NCBI RefSeq assembly: GCF_003334405.1
Contig: NZ_QOWM01000006.1
Length of the DNA: 64,000 nucleotides
Source of the DNA: Escherichia coli
Lineage (GTDB): Bacteria; Pseudomonadota; Gammaproteobacteria; Enterobacterales; Enterobacteriaceae
Reading direction: 5' to 3' (one strand)
The notes beneath the pieces were generated by a model. The model was not told the origin of the DNA, did no database searches, and saw nothing but the letters and a program-made list of their open reading frames with translations. Position numbers and translations under genes: made by a program. Within the stretch, counting starts at the first letter, position 1, and each line of letters begins with the position of its first letter. Below, one piece after another: positions 55,329-64,000 of the stretch.

Positions 55329-55426
55329 GACCGATCGAGCACAAATTTTGAGAGATATCTTCTTCTGTCTTGTAACAGAAGAACAGAAAATCGGGCTTTT
55401 GCGCCTGAATATTGCGGAGAAAAAGC

Positions 55427-57961
55427 ATGGCCGGGAATGACCGCGAGCCAATTGGACGCAAAGGGAAACCGACGCGTCCGGTCAAACAAAAGGTAAGCCG
55501 TCGTCGTTACGAAGATGACGATGATTACGACGATTATGATGACTATGAGGATGAAGAACCGATGCCGCGCAAAGGTAAGGGCAAAGGCAAAGGGCGTAAG
55601 CCTCGTGGCAAACGCGGCTGGCTATGGCTACTGCTAAAACTGGCTATCGTTTTTGCCGTGCTGATCGCCATTTACGGCGTTTATCTCGATCAAAAAATTC
55701 GTAGCCGTATTGATGGCAAGGTCTGGCAACTGCCTGCGGCAGTTTATGGCCGAATGGTCAATCTTGAGCCAGACATGACCATCAGCAAGAACGAGATGGT
55801 GAAGCTGCTGGAGGCGACCCAGTATCGTCAGGTGTCGAAAATGACCCGTCCTGGCGAATTTACCGTGCAGGCCAACAGCATTGAGATGATTCGCCGTCCG
55901 TTTGATTTCCCGGACAGTAAAGAAGGACAGGTGCGCGCGCGTCTGACCTTTGATGGCGATCATCTGGCGACGATCGTCAATATGGAGAACAACCGTCAGT
56001 TCGGTTTCTTCCGTCTTGATCCGCGTCTGATCACCATGATCTCTTCGCCAAACGGTGAGCAGCGTCTGTTTGTGCCGCGCAGTGGTTTCCCGGATTTGCT
56101 GGTGGATACTTTGCTGGCGACAGAAGACCGTCATTTTTACGAGCATGATGGAATCAGTCTCTACTCAATCGGACGTGCGGTGCTGGCAAACCTGACCGCC
56201 GGACGCACGGTACAGGGTGCGAGTACGCTGACGCAACAGCTGGTGAAAAACCTGTTCCTCTCCAGCGAGCGTTCTTACTGGCGTAAAGCGAACGAAGCTT
56301 ACATGGCGCTGATCATGGACGCGCGTTACAGCAAAGACCGTATTCTTGAGCTGTATATGAACGAGGTGTATCTCGGTCAGAGCGGCGACAACGAAATCCG
56401 CGGCTTCCCGCTGGCAAGCTTGTATTACTTTGGTCGCCCGGTAGAAGAGCTAAGCCTCGACCAGCAGGCGCTGTTAGTCGGTATGGTGAAAGGGGCGTCC
56501 ATCTACAACCCGTGGCGTAACCCAAAACTGGCGCTGGAGCGACGTAATCTGGTGCTGCGTCTGCTGCAACAGCAACAGATTATTGATCAAGAACTCTATG
56601 ACATGTTGAGTGCCCGTCCGCTGGGGGTTCAGCCGCGCGGTGGGGTGATCTCTCCTCAGCCAGCCTTTATGCAACTGGTGCGTCAGGAGCTGCAGGCAAA
56701 ACTGGGCGATAAGGTAAAAGATCTCTCCGGCGTGAAGATCTTCACTACCTTTGACTCGGTGGCCCAGGACGCGGCAGAAAAAGCCGCCGTGGAAGGCATT
56801 CCGGCACTGAAGAAACAGCGTAAGTTGAGCGATCTTGAAACTGCGATTGTGGTCGTCGACCGCTTTAGTGGTGAAGTTCGTGCGATGGTCGGAGGTTCTG
56901 AGCCGCAGTTTGCGGGCTACAACCGTGCGATGCAGGCGCGTCGTTCGATTGGTTCCCTTGCAAAACCAGCGACTTATCTGACGGCCTTAAGCCAGCCGAA
57001 AATCTATCGTCTGAATACGTGGATTGCGGATGCGCCAATTGCGCTGCGTCAGCCGAATGGCCAGGTCTGGTCACCGCAGAATGATGACCGTCGTTATAGC
57101 GAAAGCGGCAGAGTGATGCTGGTGGATGCGTTGACCCGTTCGATGAACGTGCCGACGGTAAATCTGGGGATGGCGCTGGGGCTGCCTGCGGTTACGGAGA
57201 CCTGGATTAAACTGGGCGTACCGAAAGATCAGTTGCATCCGGTTCCGGCAATGCTGCTGGGGGCGTTGAACTTAACGCCAATCGAAGTGGCGCAGGCATT
57301 CCAGACCATCGCCAGCGGTGGTAACCGTGCACCGCTTTCTGCGCTGCGTTCGGTAATCGCGGAAGATGGCAAAGTGCTGTATCAGAGCTTCCCGCAGGCG
57401 GAACGCGCTGTTCCGGCGCAGGCGGCGTATCTGACACTATGGACCATGCAGCAGGTGGTACAACGCGGTACGGGTCGTCAGCTTGGGGCGAAATACCCGA
57501 ACCTGCATCTGGCAGGGAAAACAGGGACTACCAACAATAACGTAGATACCTGGTTTGCGGGCATTGACGGCAGCACGGTGACCATCACCTGGGTCGGCCG
57601 TGATAACAACCAGCCGACCAAACTGTATGGTGCCAGCGGGGCAATGTCGATTTATCAGCGTTATCTGGCTAACCAGACGCCAACGCCGCTGAATCTTGTT
57701 CCGCCAGAAGATATTGCAGATATGGGCGTGGACTACGACGGCAACTTTGTTTGCAGCGGTGGCATGCGTATCTTGCCGGTCTGGACCAGCGATCCGCAAT
57801 CGCTGTGCCAGCAGAGCGAGATGCAGCAGCAGCCGTCAGGCAATCCGTTTGATCAGTCTTCTCAGCCGCAGCAACAGCCGCAACAGCAACCTGCTCAGCA
57901 AGAGCAGAAAGACAGCGACGGTGTAGCCGGTTGGATCAAGGATATGTTTGGTAGTAATTAA
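55427..57961 (+). CDS. mrcB: Penicillin-binding protein 1B (bifunctional glycosyltransferase/transpeptidase)
   Basis: Start placed at [13 protein letters not shown]..; internal Met (MPRKGKG, near 55562) corresponds to the known shorter isoform start. Confidence 0.95.
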   Translation: MAGNDREPIGRKGKPTRPVKQKVSRRRYEDDDDYDDYDDYEDEEPMPRKGKGKGKGRKPRGKRGWLWLLLKLAIVFAVLIAIYGVYLDQKIRSRIDGKVWQLPAAVYGRMVNLEPDMTISKNEMVKLLEATQYRQVSKMTRPGEFTVQANSIEMIRRPFDFPDSKEGQVRARLTFDGDHLATIVNMENNRQFGFFRLDPRLITMISSPNGEQRLFVPRSGFPDLLVDTLLATEDRHFYEHDGISLYSIGRAVLANLTAGRTVQGASTLTQQLVKNLFLSSERSYWRKANEAYMALIMDARYSKDRILELYMNEVYLGQSGDNEIRGFPLASLYYFGRPVEELSLDQQALLVGMVKGASIYNPWRNPKLALERRNLVLRLLQQQQIIDQELYDMLSARPLGVQPRGGVISPQPAFMQLVRQELQAKLGDKVKDLSGVKIFTTFDSVAQDAAEKAAVEGIPALKKQRKLSDLETAIVVVDRFSGEVRAMVGGSEPQFAGYNRAMQARRSIGSLAKPATYLTALSQPKIYRLNTWIADAPIALRQPNGQVWSPQNDDRRYSESGRVMLVDALTRSMNVPTVNLGMALGLPAVTETWIKLGVPKDQLHPVPAMLLGALNLTPIEVAQAFQTIASGGNRAPLSALRSVIAEDGKVLYQSFPQAERAVPAQAAYLTLWTMQQVVQRGTGRQLGAKYPNLHLAGKTGTTNNNVDTWFAGIDGSTVTITWVGRDNNQPTKLYGASGAMSIYQRYLANQTPTPLNLVPPEDIADMGVDYDGNFVCSGGMRILPVWTSDPQSLCQQSEMQQQPSGNPFDQSSQPQQQPQQQPAQQEQKDSDGVAGWIKDMFGSN

Positions 57962-57976
57962 CATCTAAGCGTGAAA

Positions 57977-58003
57977 TACCGGATGGCGAGTTGCCATCCG
58001 GTA
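57977..58003. other. Hairpin just after the mrcB stop (no clear T-tract)
   Basis: taccggatggc-gagtt-gccatccggta perfect 11-bp stem. Confidence 0.4.
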
Positions 58004-58123
58004 AAATAACATCCCATCTAAGATATTAACCCTTTCTTTTCATCTGGTTGTTTATTAACCCTTCAGGAACGCTCAGATTGCGTACCGCTTGCGAACCCGC
58101 CAGCGTTTCGAATATTATCTTAT

Positions 58124-58142
58124 CTTTATAATAATCATTCTC
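58124..58142. promoter_or_regulatory. Putative Fur box in the fhuA promoter
   Basis: ctttataataatcattctc resembles the Fur consensus GATAATGATAATCATTATC; about 40-55 bp upstream of the fhuA start; fhuA is a known Fur target. Confidence 0.6.
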
Positions 58143-58180
58143 GTTTACGTTATCATTCACTTTACATCAGAGATATACCA

Positions 58181-60424
58181 ATGGCGCGTTCCAAAACTGC
58201 TCAGCCAAAACACTCACTGCGTAAAATCGCAGTTGTAGTAGCCACAGCGGTTAGCGGCATGTCTGTTTATGCACAGGCAGCGGTTGAACCGAAAGAAGAC
58301 ACTATCACCGTTACCGCTGCACCTGCGCCGCAAGAAAGCGCATGGGGGCCTGCTGCAACTATTGCGGCGCGACAGTCTGCTACCGGCACTAAAACCGATA
58401 CGCCGATTCAAAAAGTGCCACAGTCTATTTCTGTTGTGACCGCCGAAGAGATGGCGCTGCATCAGCCGAAGTCGGTAAAAGAAGCGCTTAGCTACACGCC
58501 GGGTGTCTCTGTTGGTACGCGTGGCGCATCCAACACCTATGACCACCTGATCATTCGCGGCTTTGCGGCAGAAGGCCAAAGCCAGAATAACTATCTGAAT
58601 GGCCTGAAGTTGCAGGGCAACTTCTATAACGATGCGGTCATTGACCCGTATATGCTGGAACGCGCTGAAATTATGCGTGGCCCGGTTTCCGTGCTTTACG
58701 GTAAAAGCAGTCCTGGCGGCCTGTTGAATATGGTCAGCAAGCGTCCGACCACCGAACCGCTGAAAGAAGTTCAGTTTAAAGCCGGTACTGACAGCCTGTT
58801 CCAGACTGGTTTTGACTTTAGCGATTCGTTGGATGATGACGGTGTTTACTCTTATCGCCTGACCGGTCTTGCGCGTTCTGCCAATGCCCAGCAGAAAGGG
58901 TCAGAAGAGCAGCGTTATGCTATTGCACCGGCGTTCACCTGGCGTCCGGATGATAAAACCAATTTTACCTTCCTTTCTTACTTCCAGAACGAGCCGGAAA
59001 CCGGTTATTACGGCTGGTTGCCGAAAGAGGGAACCGTTGAGCCGCTGCCGAACGGTAAGCGTCTGCCGACAGACTTTAATGAAGGGGCGAAGAACAACAC
59101 CTATTCTCGTAATGAGAAGATGGTCGGCTACAGCTTCGATCACGAATTTAACGACACCTTTACTGTGCGTCAGAACCTGCGCTTTGCTGAAAACAAAACC
59201 TCGCAAAACAGCGTTTATGGTTACGGCGTCTGCTCCGATCCGGCGAATGCTTACAGCAAACAGTGTGCGGCATTAGCGCCAGCGGATAAAGGCCATTATC
59301 TGGCACGTAAATACGTCGTTGATGATGAGAAGCTGCAAAACTTCTCCGTTGATACCCAGTTGCAGAGCAAGTTTGCCACTGGCGATATCGACCACACCCT
59401 GCTGACCGGTGTCGACTTTATGCGTATGCGTAATGACATCAACGCCTGGTTTGGTTACGACGACTCTGTGCCACTGCTCAATCTGTACAATCCGGTGAAT
59501 ACCGATTTCGACTTCAATGCCAAAGATCCGGCAAACTCCGGCCCTTACCGCATTCTGAATAAACAGAAACAAACGGGCGTTTATGTTCAGGATCAGGCGC
59601 AGTGGGATAAAGTGCTGGTCACCCTAGGCGGTCGTTATGACTGGGCAGATCAAGAATCTCTTAACCGCGTTGCCGGGACGACCGATAAACGTGATGACAA
59701 ACAGTTTACCTGGCGTGGTGGTGTTAACTACCTGTTTGATAATGGTGTAACACCTTACTTCAGCTATAGCGAATCGTTTGAACCTTCTTCGCAAGTTGGG
59801 AAGGATGGTAATATTTTCGCACCGTCTAAAGGTAAGCAGTATGAAGTCGGCGTGAAATATGTACCGGAAGATCGTCCGATTGTAGTTACTGGTGCCGTGT
59901 ATAATCTCACTAAAACCAACAACCTGATGGCGGACCCTGAGGGTTCCTTCTTCTCGGTTGAAGGTGGCGAGATCCGCGCACGTGGCGTAGAAATCGAAGC
60001 GAAAGCGGCGCTGTCGGCGAGTGTTAACGTAGTCGGTTCTTATACTTACACCGATGCGGAATACACCACCGATACTACCTATAAAGGCAATACGCCTGCA
60101 CAGGTGCCAAAACACATGGCTTCGTTGTGGGCTGACTACACCTTCTTTGACGGTCCGCTTTCAGGTCTGACGCTGGGCACCGGTGGTCGTTATACTGGCT
60201 CCAGTTATGGTGATCCGGCTAACTCCTTTAAAGTGGGAAGTTATACGGTCGTGGATGCGTTAGTACGTTATGATCTGGCGCGAGTCGGCATGGCTGGCTC
60301 CAACGTGGCGCTGCATGTTAACAACCTGTTCGATCGTGAATACGTCGCCAGCTGCTTTAACACTTATGGCTGCTTCTGGGGCGCAGAACGTCAGGTCGTT
60401 GCAACCGCAACCTTCCGTTTCTAA
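58181..60424 (+). CDS. fhuA: TonB-dependent ferrichrome outer-membrane transporter
   Basis: 747-aa ORF with signal peptide, TonB box (DTITVTA) and C-terminal ...ATFRF. Confidence 0.97.
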   Translation: MARSKTAQPKHSLRKIAVVVATAVSGMSVYAQAAVEPKEDTITVTAAPAPQESAWGPAATIAARQSATGTKTDTPIQKVPQSISVVTAEEMALHQPKSVKEALSYTPGVSVGTRGASNTYDHLIIRGFAAEGQSQNNYLNGLKLQGNFYNDAVIDPYMLERAEIMRGPVSVLYGKSSPGGLLNMVSKRPTTEPLKEVQFKAGTDSLFQTGFDFSDSLDDDGVYSYRLTGLARSANAQQKGSEEQRYAIAPAFTWRPDDKTNFTFLSYFQNEPETGYYGWLPKEGTVEPLPNGKRLPTDFNEGAKNNTYSRNEKMVGYSFDHEFNDTFTVRQNLRFAENKTSQNSVYGYGVCSDPANAYSKQCAALAPADKGHYLARKYVVDDEKLQNFSVDTQLQSKFATGDIDHTLLTGVDFMRMRNDINAWFGYDDSVPLLNLYNPVNTDFDFNAKDPANSGPYRILNKQKQTGVYVQDQAQWDKVLVTLGGRYDWADQESLNRVAGTTDKRDDKQFTWRGGVNYLFDNGVTPYFSYSESFEPSSQVGKDGNIFAPSKGKQYEVGVKYVPEDRPIVVTGAVYNLTKTNNLMADPEGSFFSVEGGEIRARGVEIEAKAALSASVNVVGSYTYTDAEYTTDTTYKGNTPAQVPKHMASLWADYTFFDGPLSGLTLGTGGRYTGSSYGDPANSFKVGSYTVVDALVRYDLARVGMAGSNVALHVNNLFDREYVASCFNTYGCFWGAERQVVATATFRF

Positions 60425-60474
60425 TTTCTCTTTTGGGGCACGGATTTCCGTGCCCATTTCACAAGTTGGCTGTT

Positions 60475-61272
60475 ATGCAGGAATACACGAATCATTCCGA
60501 TACCACTTTTGCACTGCGTAATATCTCCTTTCGTGTGCCCGGGCGCACGCTTTTGCATCCGCTGTCGTTAACCTTTCCTGCCGGGAAAGTGACCGGTCTG
60601 ATTGGTCACAACGGTTCTGGTAAATCCACTCTGCTCAAAATGCTTGGCCGTCATCAGCCGCCGTCGGAAGGGGAGATTCTTCTTGATGCCCAACCGCTGG
60701 AAAGCTGGAGCAGCAAAGCGTTTGCCCGCAAAGTGGCTTATTTGCCGCAGCAGCTTCCTCCGGCAGAAGGGATGACCGTGCGTGAACTGGTGGCGATTGG
60801 TCGTTACCCGTGGCATGGCGCGCTGGGGCGCTTTGGGGCGGCAGATCGCGAAAAAGTCGAGGAAGCTATCTCGCTGGTTGGCTTAAAACCGCTGGCGCAT
60901 CGGCTGGTCGATAGTCTCTCTGGCGGCGAACGTCAGCGGGCGTGGATCGCCATGCTGGTGGCGCAGGATAGCCGTTGTCTGTTGCTCGACGAACCGACCT
61001 CGGCGCTGGATATCGCCCACCAGGTTGATGTGCTGTCGCTGGTGCACCGTTTAAGTCAGGAGCGTGGCCTGACGGTCATTGCCGTGTTGCACGATATCAA
61101 TATGGCGGCACGCTACTGTGATTATCTGGTCGCCCTGCGCGGCGGTGAAATGATTGCTCAGGGAACGCCTGCGGAAATTATGCGCGGCGAAACCCTCGAA
61201 ATGATTTATGGCATCCCGATGGGTATTTTGCCGCATCCGGCGGGTGCTGCACCTGTGAGTTTTGTTTATTGA
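60475..61272 (+). CDS. fhuC: Ferric hydroxamate ABC transporter ATP-binding protein
   Basis: Start placed at MQEYTNHSDTT..; Walker A GHNGSGKST, signature LSGGERQR. Confidence 0.93.
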   Translation: MQEYTNHSDTTFALRNISFRVPGRTLLHPLSLTFPAGKVTGLIGHNGSGKSTLLKMLGRHQPPSEGEILLDAQPLESWSSKAFARKVAYLPQQLPPAEGMTVRELVAIGRYPWHGALGRFGAADREKVEEAISLVGLKPLAHRLVDSLSGGERQRAWIAMLVAQDSRCLLLDEPTSALDIAHQVDVLSLVHRLSQERGLTVIAVLHDINMAARYCDYLVALRGGEMIAQGTPAEIMRGETLEMIYGIPMGILPHPAGAAPVSFVY

Positions 61273-62162
61273 TGAGCGGCTTACCTCTTATTTCGCGCCG
61301 TCGACTGTTAACGGCGATGGCGCTTTCTCCGTTGTTATGGCAGATGAATACCGCCCACGCGGCGGCTATTGATCCCAATCGTATTGTGGCGCTGGAGTGG
61401 TTGCCGGTGGAATTACTGCTGGCGCTCGGCATCGTGCCTTACGGCGTGGCGGATACCATCAACTATCGCCTGTGGGTCAGCGAACCACCATTGCCGGACT
61501 CAGTGATCGACGTCGGTTTGCGCACAGAACCTAACCTTGAACTGCTGACCGAAATGAAACCATCGTTTATGGTCTGGTCGGCAGGATATGGCCCTTCACC
61601 AGAAATGCTGGCTCGTATTGCGCCGGGTCGCGGATTTAACTTCAGTGACGGCAAACAGCCGTTGGCGATGGCGCGTAAATCGCTGACGGAAATGGCAGAT
61701 TTACTTAACCTGCAAAGCGCAGCGGAAACGCATTTAGCGCAATATGAAGACTTTATCCGCAGCATGAAACCCCGCTTTGTGAAGCGTGGTGCGCGTCCGT
61801 TATTGCTGACGACGCTTATCGATCCGCGCCATATGCTGGTCTTCGGTCCAAACAGCTTGTTCCAGGAAATTCTTGATGAGTACGGCATCCCAAATGCCTG
61901 GCAAGGGGAAACCAACTTCTGGGGCAGTACCGCCGTCAGTATCGATCGTCTGGCGGCGTATAAAGACGTTGATGTGCTCTGTTTTGATCACGACAACAGC
62001 AAAGACATGGATGCGCTAATGGCAACGCCGCTGTGGCAGGCCATGCCGTTTGTCCGCGCCGGACGCTTTCAGCGCGTACCTGCAGTCTGGTTTTATGGTG
62101 CGACGCTCTCGGCAATGCACTTTGTGCGCGTTCTGGATAACGCCATCGGAGGTAAAGCGTGA
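61272..62162 (+). CDS. fhuD: Ferric hydroxamate periplasmic binding protein
   Basis: ATG overlaps the fhuC stop (ATGA); Tat/Sec-type signal MSGLPLISRRRLLTAMALSPLLWQMNTAHA. Confidence 0.93.
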   Translation: MSGLPLISRRRLLTAMALSPLLWQMNTAHAAAIDPNRIVALEWLPVELLLALGIVPYGVADTINYRLWVSEPPLPDSVIDVGLRTEPNLELLTEMKPSFMVWSAGYGPSPEMLARIAPGRGFNFSDGKQPLAMARKSLTEMADLLNLQSAAETHLAQYEDFIRSMKPRFVKRGARPLLLTTLIDPRHMLVFGPNSLFQEILDEYGIPNAWQGETNFWGSTAVSIDRLAAYKDVDVLCFDHDNSKDMDALMATPLWQAMPFVRAGRFQRVPAVWFYGATLSAMHFVRVLDNAIGGKA

Positions 62163-64000
62163 GTAAACGAATTGCGCTTTTCCCGGCGTTATTGCTGGCG
62201 CTGTTAGTGATTGTCGCTACGGCGCTCACCTGGATGAACTTCTCGCAGGCGCTGCCGCGTAGCCAGTGGGCGCAGGCTGCCTGGTCGCCGGATATTGACG
62301 TCATCGAGCAGATGATTTTTCACTACAGCTTGTTGCCGCGTCTGGCGATTTCGCTGCTGGTGGGCGCGGGTCTGGGGCTGGTGGGCGTGCTGTTTCAGCA
62401 AGTGCTGCGTAACCCGCTGGCGGAGCCGACGACGCTTGGCGTTGCTACAGGCGCGCAACTGGGGATTACCGTCACTACGCTCTGGGCGATCCCTGGTGCG
62501 ATGGCGAGCCAGTTTGCTGCGCTGGCAGGGGCTTGTGTTGTTGGCTTAATTGTCTTTGGCGTCGCGTGGGGGAAACGGCTGTCGCCGGTAACGCTGATTC
62601 TCGCGGGGTTGGTAGTGAGCCTTTATTGCGGCGCAATCAATCAGTTACTGGTTATCTTCCATCATGACCAACTGCAAAGCATGTTTCTGTGGAGCACTGG
62701 AACGCTGACGCAAACCGACTGGGGCGGCGTTGAGCGTTTATGGCCGCAGCTGCTGGGCGGTGTGATGCTGACGTTGCTGCTACTTCGTCCGTTAACCCTG
62801 ATGGGGCTTGATGATGGCGTGGCGCGCAATCTCGGGCTGGCCTTGTCGCTTGCGCGTCTGGCGGCGCTGTCGCTGGCGATTGTCATCAGTGCGCTGCTGG
62901 TGAACGCTGTGGGGATTATCGGCTTTATCGGGTTGTTCGCGCCGCTGCTGGCAAAAATGCTGGGGGCGCGGCGTCTGCTGCCACGACTGATGCTGGCGTC
63001 GTTGATTGGTGCGCTGATCCTCTGGCTTTCCGATCAAATCATCCTCTGGCTGACTCGCGTGTGGATGGAAGTGTCCACCGGTTCGGTCACTGCGTTGATC
63101 GGTGCGCCGCTGCTACTGTGGCTGTTGCCGCGTTTACGCAGCATTAGCGCGCCGGATATGAAGGTCAACGATCGTGTCGCGGCTGAACGCCAACATGTGC
63201 TGGCGTTTGCCCTCGCGGGCGGCGTGCTGCTGTTGATGGCTGTGGTGGTGGCGCTGTCGTTTGGTCGTGATGCGCACGGCTGGACGTGGGCGAGCGGGGC
63301 GTTGCTCGAGGATTTAATGCCCTGGCGCTGGCCGCGAATTATGGCGGCGCTGTTTGCGGGCGTCATGCTGGCGGTGGCGGGCTGTATTATTCAGCGACTG
63401 ACCGGAAACCCGATGGCAAGCCCGGAAGTGCTGGGGATTAGCTCCGGCGCGGCGTTTGGCGTGGTGTTGATGCTGTTTCTGGTGCCGGGTAATGCCTTTG
63501 GCTGGCTGTTACCTGCAGGCAGTCTCGGCGCGGCGGTGACGCTGTTGATCATTATGATCGCCGCCGGCCGCGGTGGATTTTCCCCACACCGTATGTTACT
63601 GGCGGGGATGGCGTTAAGCACCGCGTTCACCATGCTTTTGATGATGTTGCAGGCAAGTGGTGACCCGCGAATGGCGCAAGTGCTGACCTGGATTTCCGGT
63701 TCGACCTACAACGCGACCGATGCGCAGGTCTGGCGCACCGGAATTGTGATGGTGATTTTGCTGGCGATTACCCCGCTGTGCCGCCGCTGGCTGACCATTT
63801 TACCGCTGGGTGGTGATACCGCCCGAGCCGTAGGAATGGCGCTGACGCCGACGCGAATTGCGCTGCTGCTGTTAGCGGCTTGCCTGACGGCGACCGCGAC
63901 GATGACTATTGGACCGTTGAGTTTTGTTGGTTTAATGGCACCGCATATTGCGCGGATGATGGGCTTTCGACGGACGATGCCACACATCGTAATTTCGGCG
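62159..64000 (+). CDS. fhuB: Ferric hydroxamate ABC transporter permease (partial, 3' end outside the window)
   Basis: GTG start overlapping the fhuD stop (GTGA); highly hydrophobic ORF open to the window end; absent from the ORF track because no stop codon is reached. Confidence 0.9.
   Translation, partial: MSKRIALFPALLLALLVIVATALTWMNFSQALPRSQWAQAAWSPDIDVIEQMIFHYSLLPRLAISLLVGAGLGLVGVLFQQVLRNPLAEPTTLGVATGAQLGITVTTLWAIPGAMASQFAALAGACVVGLIVFGVAWGKRLSPVTLILAGLVVSLYCGAINQLLVIFHHDQLQSMFLWSTGTLTQTDWGGVERLWPQLLGGVMLTLLLLRPLTLMGLDDGVARNLGLALSLARLAALSLAIVISALLVNAVGIIGFIGLFAPLLAKMLGARRLLPRLMLASLIGALILWLSDQIILWLTRVWMEVSTGSVTALIGAPLLLWLLPRLRSISAPDMKVNDRVAAERQHVLAFALAGGVLLLMAVVVALSFGRDAHGWTWASGALLEDLMPWRWPRIMAALFAGVMLAVAGCIIQRLTGNPMASPEVLGISSGAAFGVVLMLFLVPGNAFGWLLPAGSLGAAVTLLIIMIAAGRGGFSPHRMLLAGMALSTAFTMLLMMLQASGDPRMAQVLTWISGSTYNATDAQVWRTGIVMVILLAITPLCRRWLTILPLGGDTARAVGMALTPTRIALLLLAACLTATATMTIGPLSFVGLMAPHIARMMGFRRTMPHIVISA

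Noticed and set aside
55170-55496. Small ORFs translated from the hrpB-mrcB palindromic element (for example GEGRGEGISAHVHPHPNPLPQGRGDRS)
   Set aside because: The low-complexity translation is a direct consequence of the GC-rich inverted repeats; no coding signal.

Overview
This window reads as a contiguous stretch of Escherichia coli K-12-type chromosome running from the 3' end of secA to the 5' part of fhuB. Gene order, recognised from the translated ORFs, is secA'-mutT-(REP)-yacG-zapD-coaE / guaC / hofC-hofB-ppdD / nadC / ampD-ampE / aroP / pdhR-aceE-aceF-lpd / yacH / acnB-yacL / speD-speE / yacC / cueO-(REP)-gcd / hpt / can / yadG-yadH-yadI-yadE / panD / rpnC / panC-panB / yadC-yadK-yadL-yadM-htrE-yadV-yadN / folK-pcnB-gluQ-dksA-sfsA-thpR / hrpB-mrcB-fhuA-fhuC-fhuD-fhuB'. 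Coding density is high and almost every ORF over about 100 aa corresponds to a protein I recognise. I found no rRNA, tRNA, CRISPR array, IS element, integrase or prophage. I do not see evidence of a foreign, previously undescribed system inserted here. The parts most worth a second look are the poorly characterised accessory-like pieces: the yadGHI-yadE cluster (NodIJ-like ABC exporter, EIIA-like protein and NodB-type deacetylase), the AT-rich cryptic yad chaperone-usher fimbrial islet between panB and folK, rpnC lying inside the pan gene cluster, the cryptic ppdD-hofB-hofC type IV pilin genes, the repeat- and His-rich secreted protein YacH, and an unusually structured three-stem palindromic element between hrpB and mrcB. 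Several gene starts given in the ORF track were moved to internal start codons. All identifications come from reading the translations and sequence motifs by eye; no database search or computation was run.
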